From positions 1-25,415 of the forward strand of contig JAWBRA010000024.1 of the NCBI GenBank assembly GCA_038844785.1: a stretch of 25,415 nt of DNA. Direction: 5' to 3'. Every line of letters begins with the position of its first letter. The first letter of the stretch is position 1. The notes beneath the pieces are model-generated. The model had not been told where the DNA came from, made no database searches, and saw only the letters and a program-made list of their open reading frames with translations. The position numbers and the translations under genes were made by a program. Positions 25,102-25,415 of this stretch are shown piece by piece. This DNA is from Candidatus Caldarchaeum sp. (GTDB lineage: Archaea; Thermoproteota; Nitrososphaeria_A; Caldarchaeales; Caldarchaeaceae).

Positions 25102-25225
25102 CAGCGGGGAAAAAGCCGGATGAAGGCCGGGCAATCGTCCTACCAACGCCTTTACGGCGATTCGAGAGGCAATGCACGGTCTTCATCCGGCTTCTCAGAC
25201 GTTGTCAGGTGAGGGGCCTCCAGCC
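25083..25225 (+). ncRNA. Putative structured guide RNA (bridge/seek/tigRNA-like) overlapping the 3' end of the IS110-like gene
   Basis: Nested stems 25083-25094/25214-25225 (12 bp perfect), 25097-25106/25200-25209 (10 bp, one G-U), 25113-25133/25173-25193 (21 bp, one G-U, one mismatch), 13/13-nt internal loop, apical CGCC-TTTAC-GGCG. G-U pairs favour the + strand as the RNA. Confidence 0.6.
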
Positions 25226-25252
25226 AAACCTCCCCTCATTTTTTTCCTTTTT
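25210..25252 (+). terminator. Hairpin (TGAGGGG/CCCCTCA) plus T-tracts, likely terminator
   Basis: 25210-25216 pairs with 25232-25238, followed by T7-CC-T5. Confidence 0.55.
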
Positions 25253-25288
25253 GTATGTCTTGTTTATGTATTGTTTTGCTGTTTTTTC

Positions 25289-25415
25289 GGGACTGTCAAC
25301 TTAAGGCTATCCATGACTTTATCCACTTCTCTGATACCTTAGGCCTGTATGTTGGGAAGCATGTGTTGAACTGTTTTATCCTCCTCTTGAGCTTGCTGAA
25401 CCAAGACTCTATCGT
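25289..25415 (-). mobile_element. Right end of an IS6-family insertion sequence (terminal repeat GGGACTGTCAACTT at 25289-25302), continuing beyond the window
   Basis: GG.ACTGTC terminus resembles IS6-family inverted repeats and overlaps the transposase stop codon. Confidence 0.7.
25296..25415 (-). CDS. C-terminal fragment of IS6/IS240-family DDE transposase (partial, 5' end outside window)
   Basis: Manual translation TIESWFSKLKRRIKQFNTCFPTYRPKVSEKWIKSWIALS* contains the IE..F..LK.R...F catalytic-E motif. Confidence 0.75.
   Translation of the reverse strand, partial: TIESWFSKLKRRIKQFNTCFPTYRPKVSEKWIKSWIALS

Noticed and set aside
25102-25290. CRISPR array or multi-unit TIGR array
   Set aside because: Only one two-segment unit is present; I saw no repeat-spacer series or cas genes anywhere in the window.
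24831-25304. 157-aa ORF overlapping the IS110-like gene
   Set aside because: Alternate frame running through the hairpin, T-tracts and IS6 end; composition is not protein-like.

Overview
Archaeal DNA, judged by TATA-type promoters, frequent AGG/AGA/ATA codons and archaeal-type MoeA-PBP and AOR genes; a Thermoproteota/Caldarchaeales-like origin is only a guess. The central ~23 kb (686-23803) is an anaerobic aromatic-catabolism island. It holds a NosF/NosY-like ABC pair, Mo/W-cofactor maturation genes (fdhD, two moeA, rhodanese, a MoaD-like protein fused to a Zn ribbon) and a tungsten AOR-family oxidoreductase. It also holds the benzoyl-CoA ring-cleavage enzymes Oah/Had/Dch, a two-subunit CoA-transferase, a 3-hydroxyacyl-CoA dehydrogenase, a four-subunit class I benzoyl-CoA reductase (minus strand), an MBL hydrolase and a 2-oxoacid:ferredoxin oxidoreductase. 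Four promoters in the island share a 12-bp palindrome (ATTTMTAKAAAT). The island is bracketed by an intact and a decayed, inverted copy of an AbrB/MraZ-like Zn-ribbon gene, each ending in a palindrome. At the right end is a compact IS110/TasR-like RuvC-Nop gene with one in-frame TAA and no catalytic-serine loop. It is followed by a ~143-nt hairpin whose apex has two 8-nt guide-like segments in repeated GGCRAT-N8-CAAYGC frames, one complementary to the sequence just upstream of that gene: a candidate RNA-guided system. The window ends in the right end of an IS6-family element. All calls come from reading motifs by eye; no searches or folding were run.
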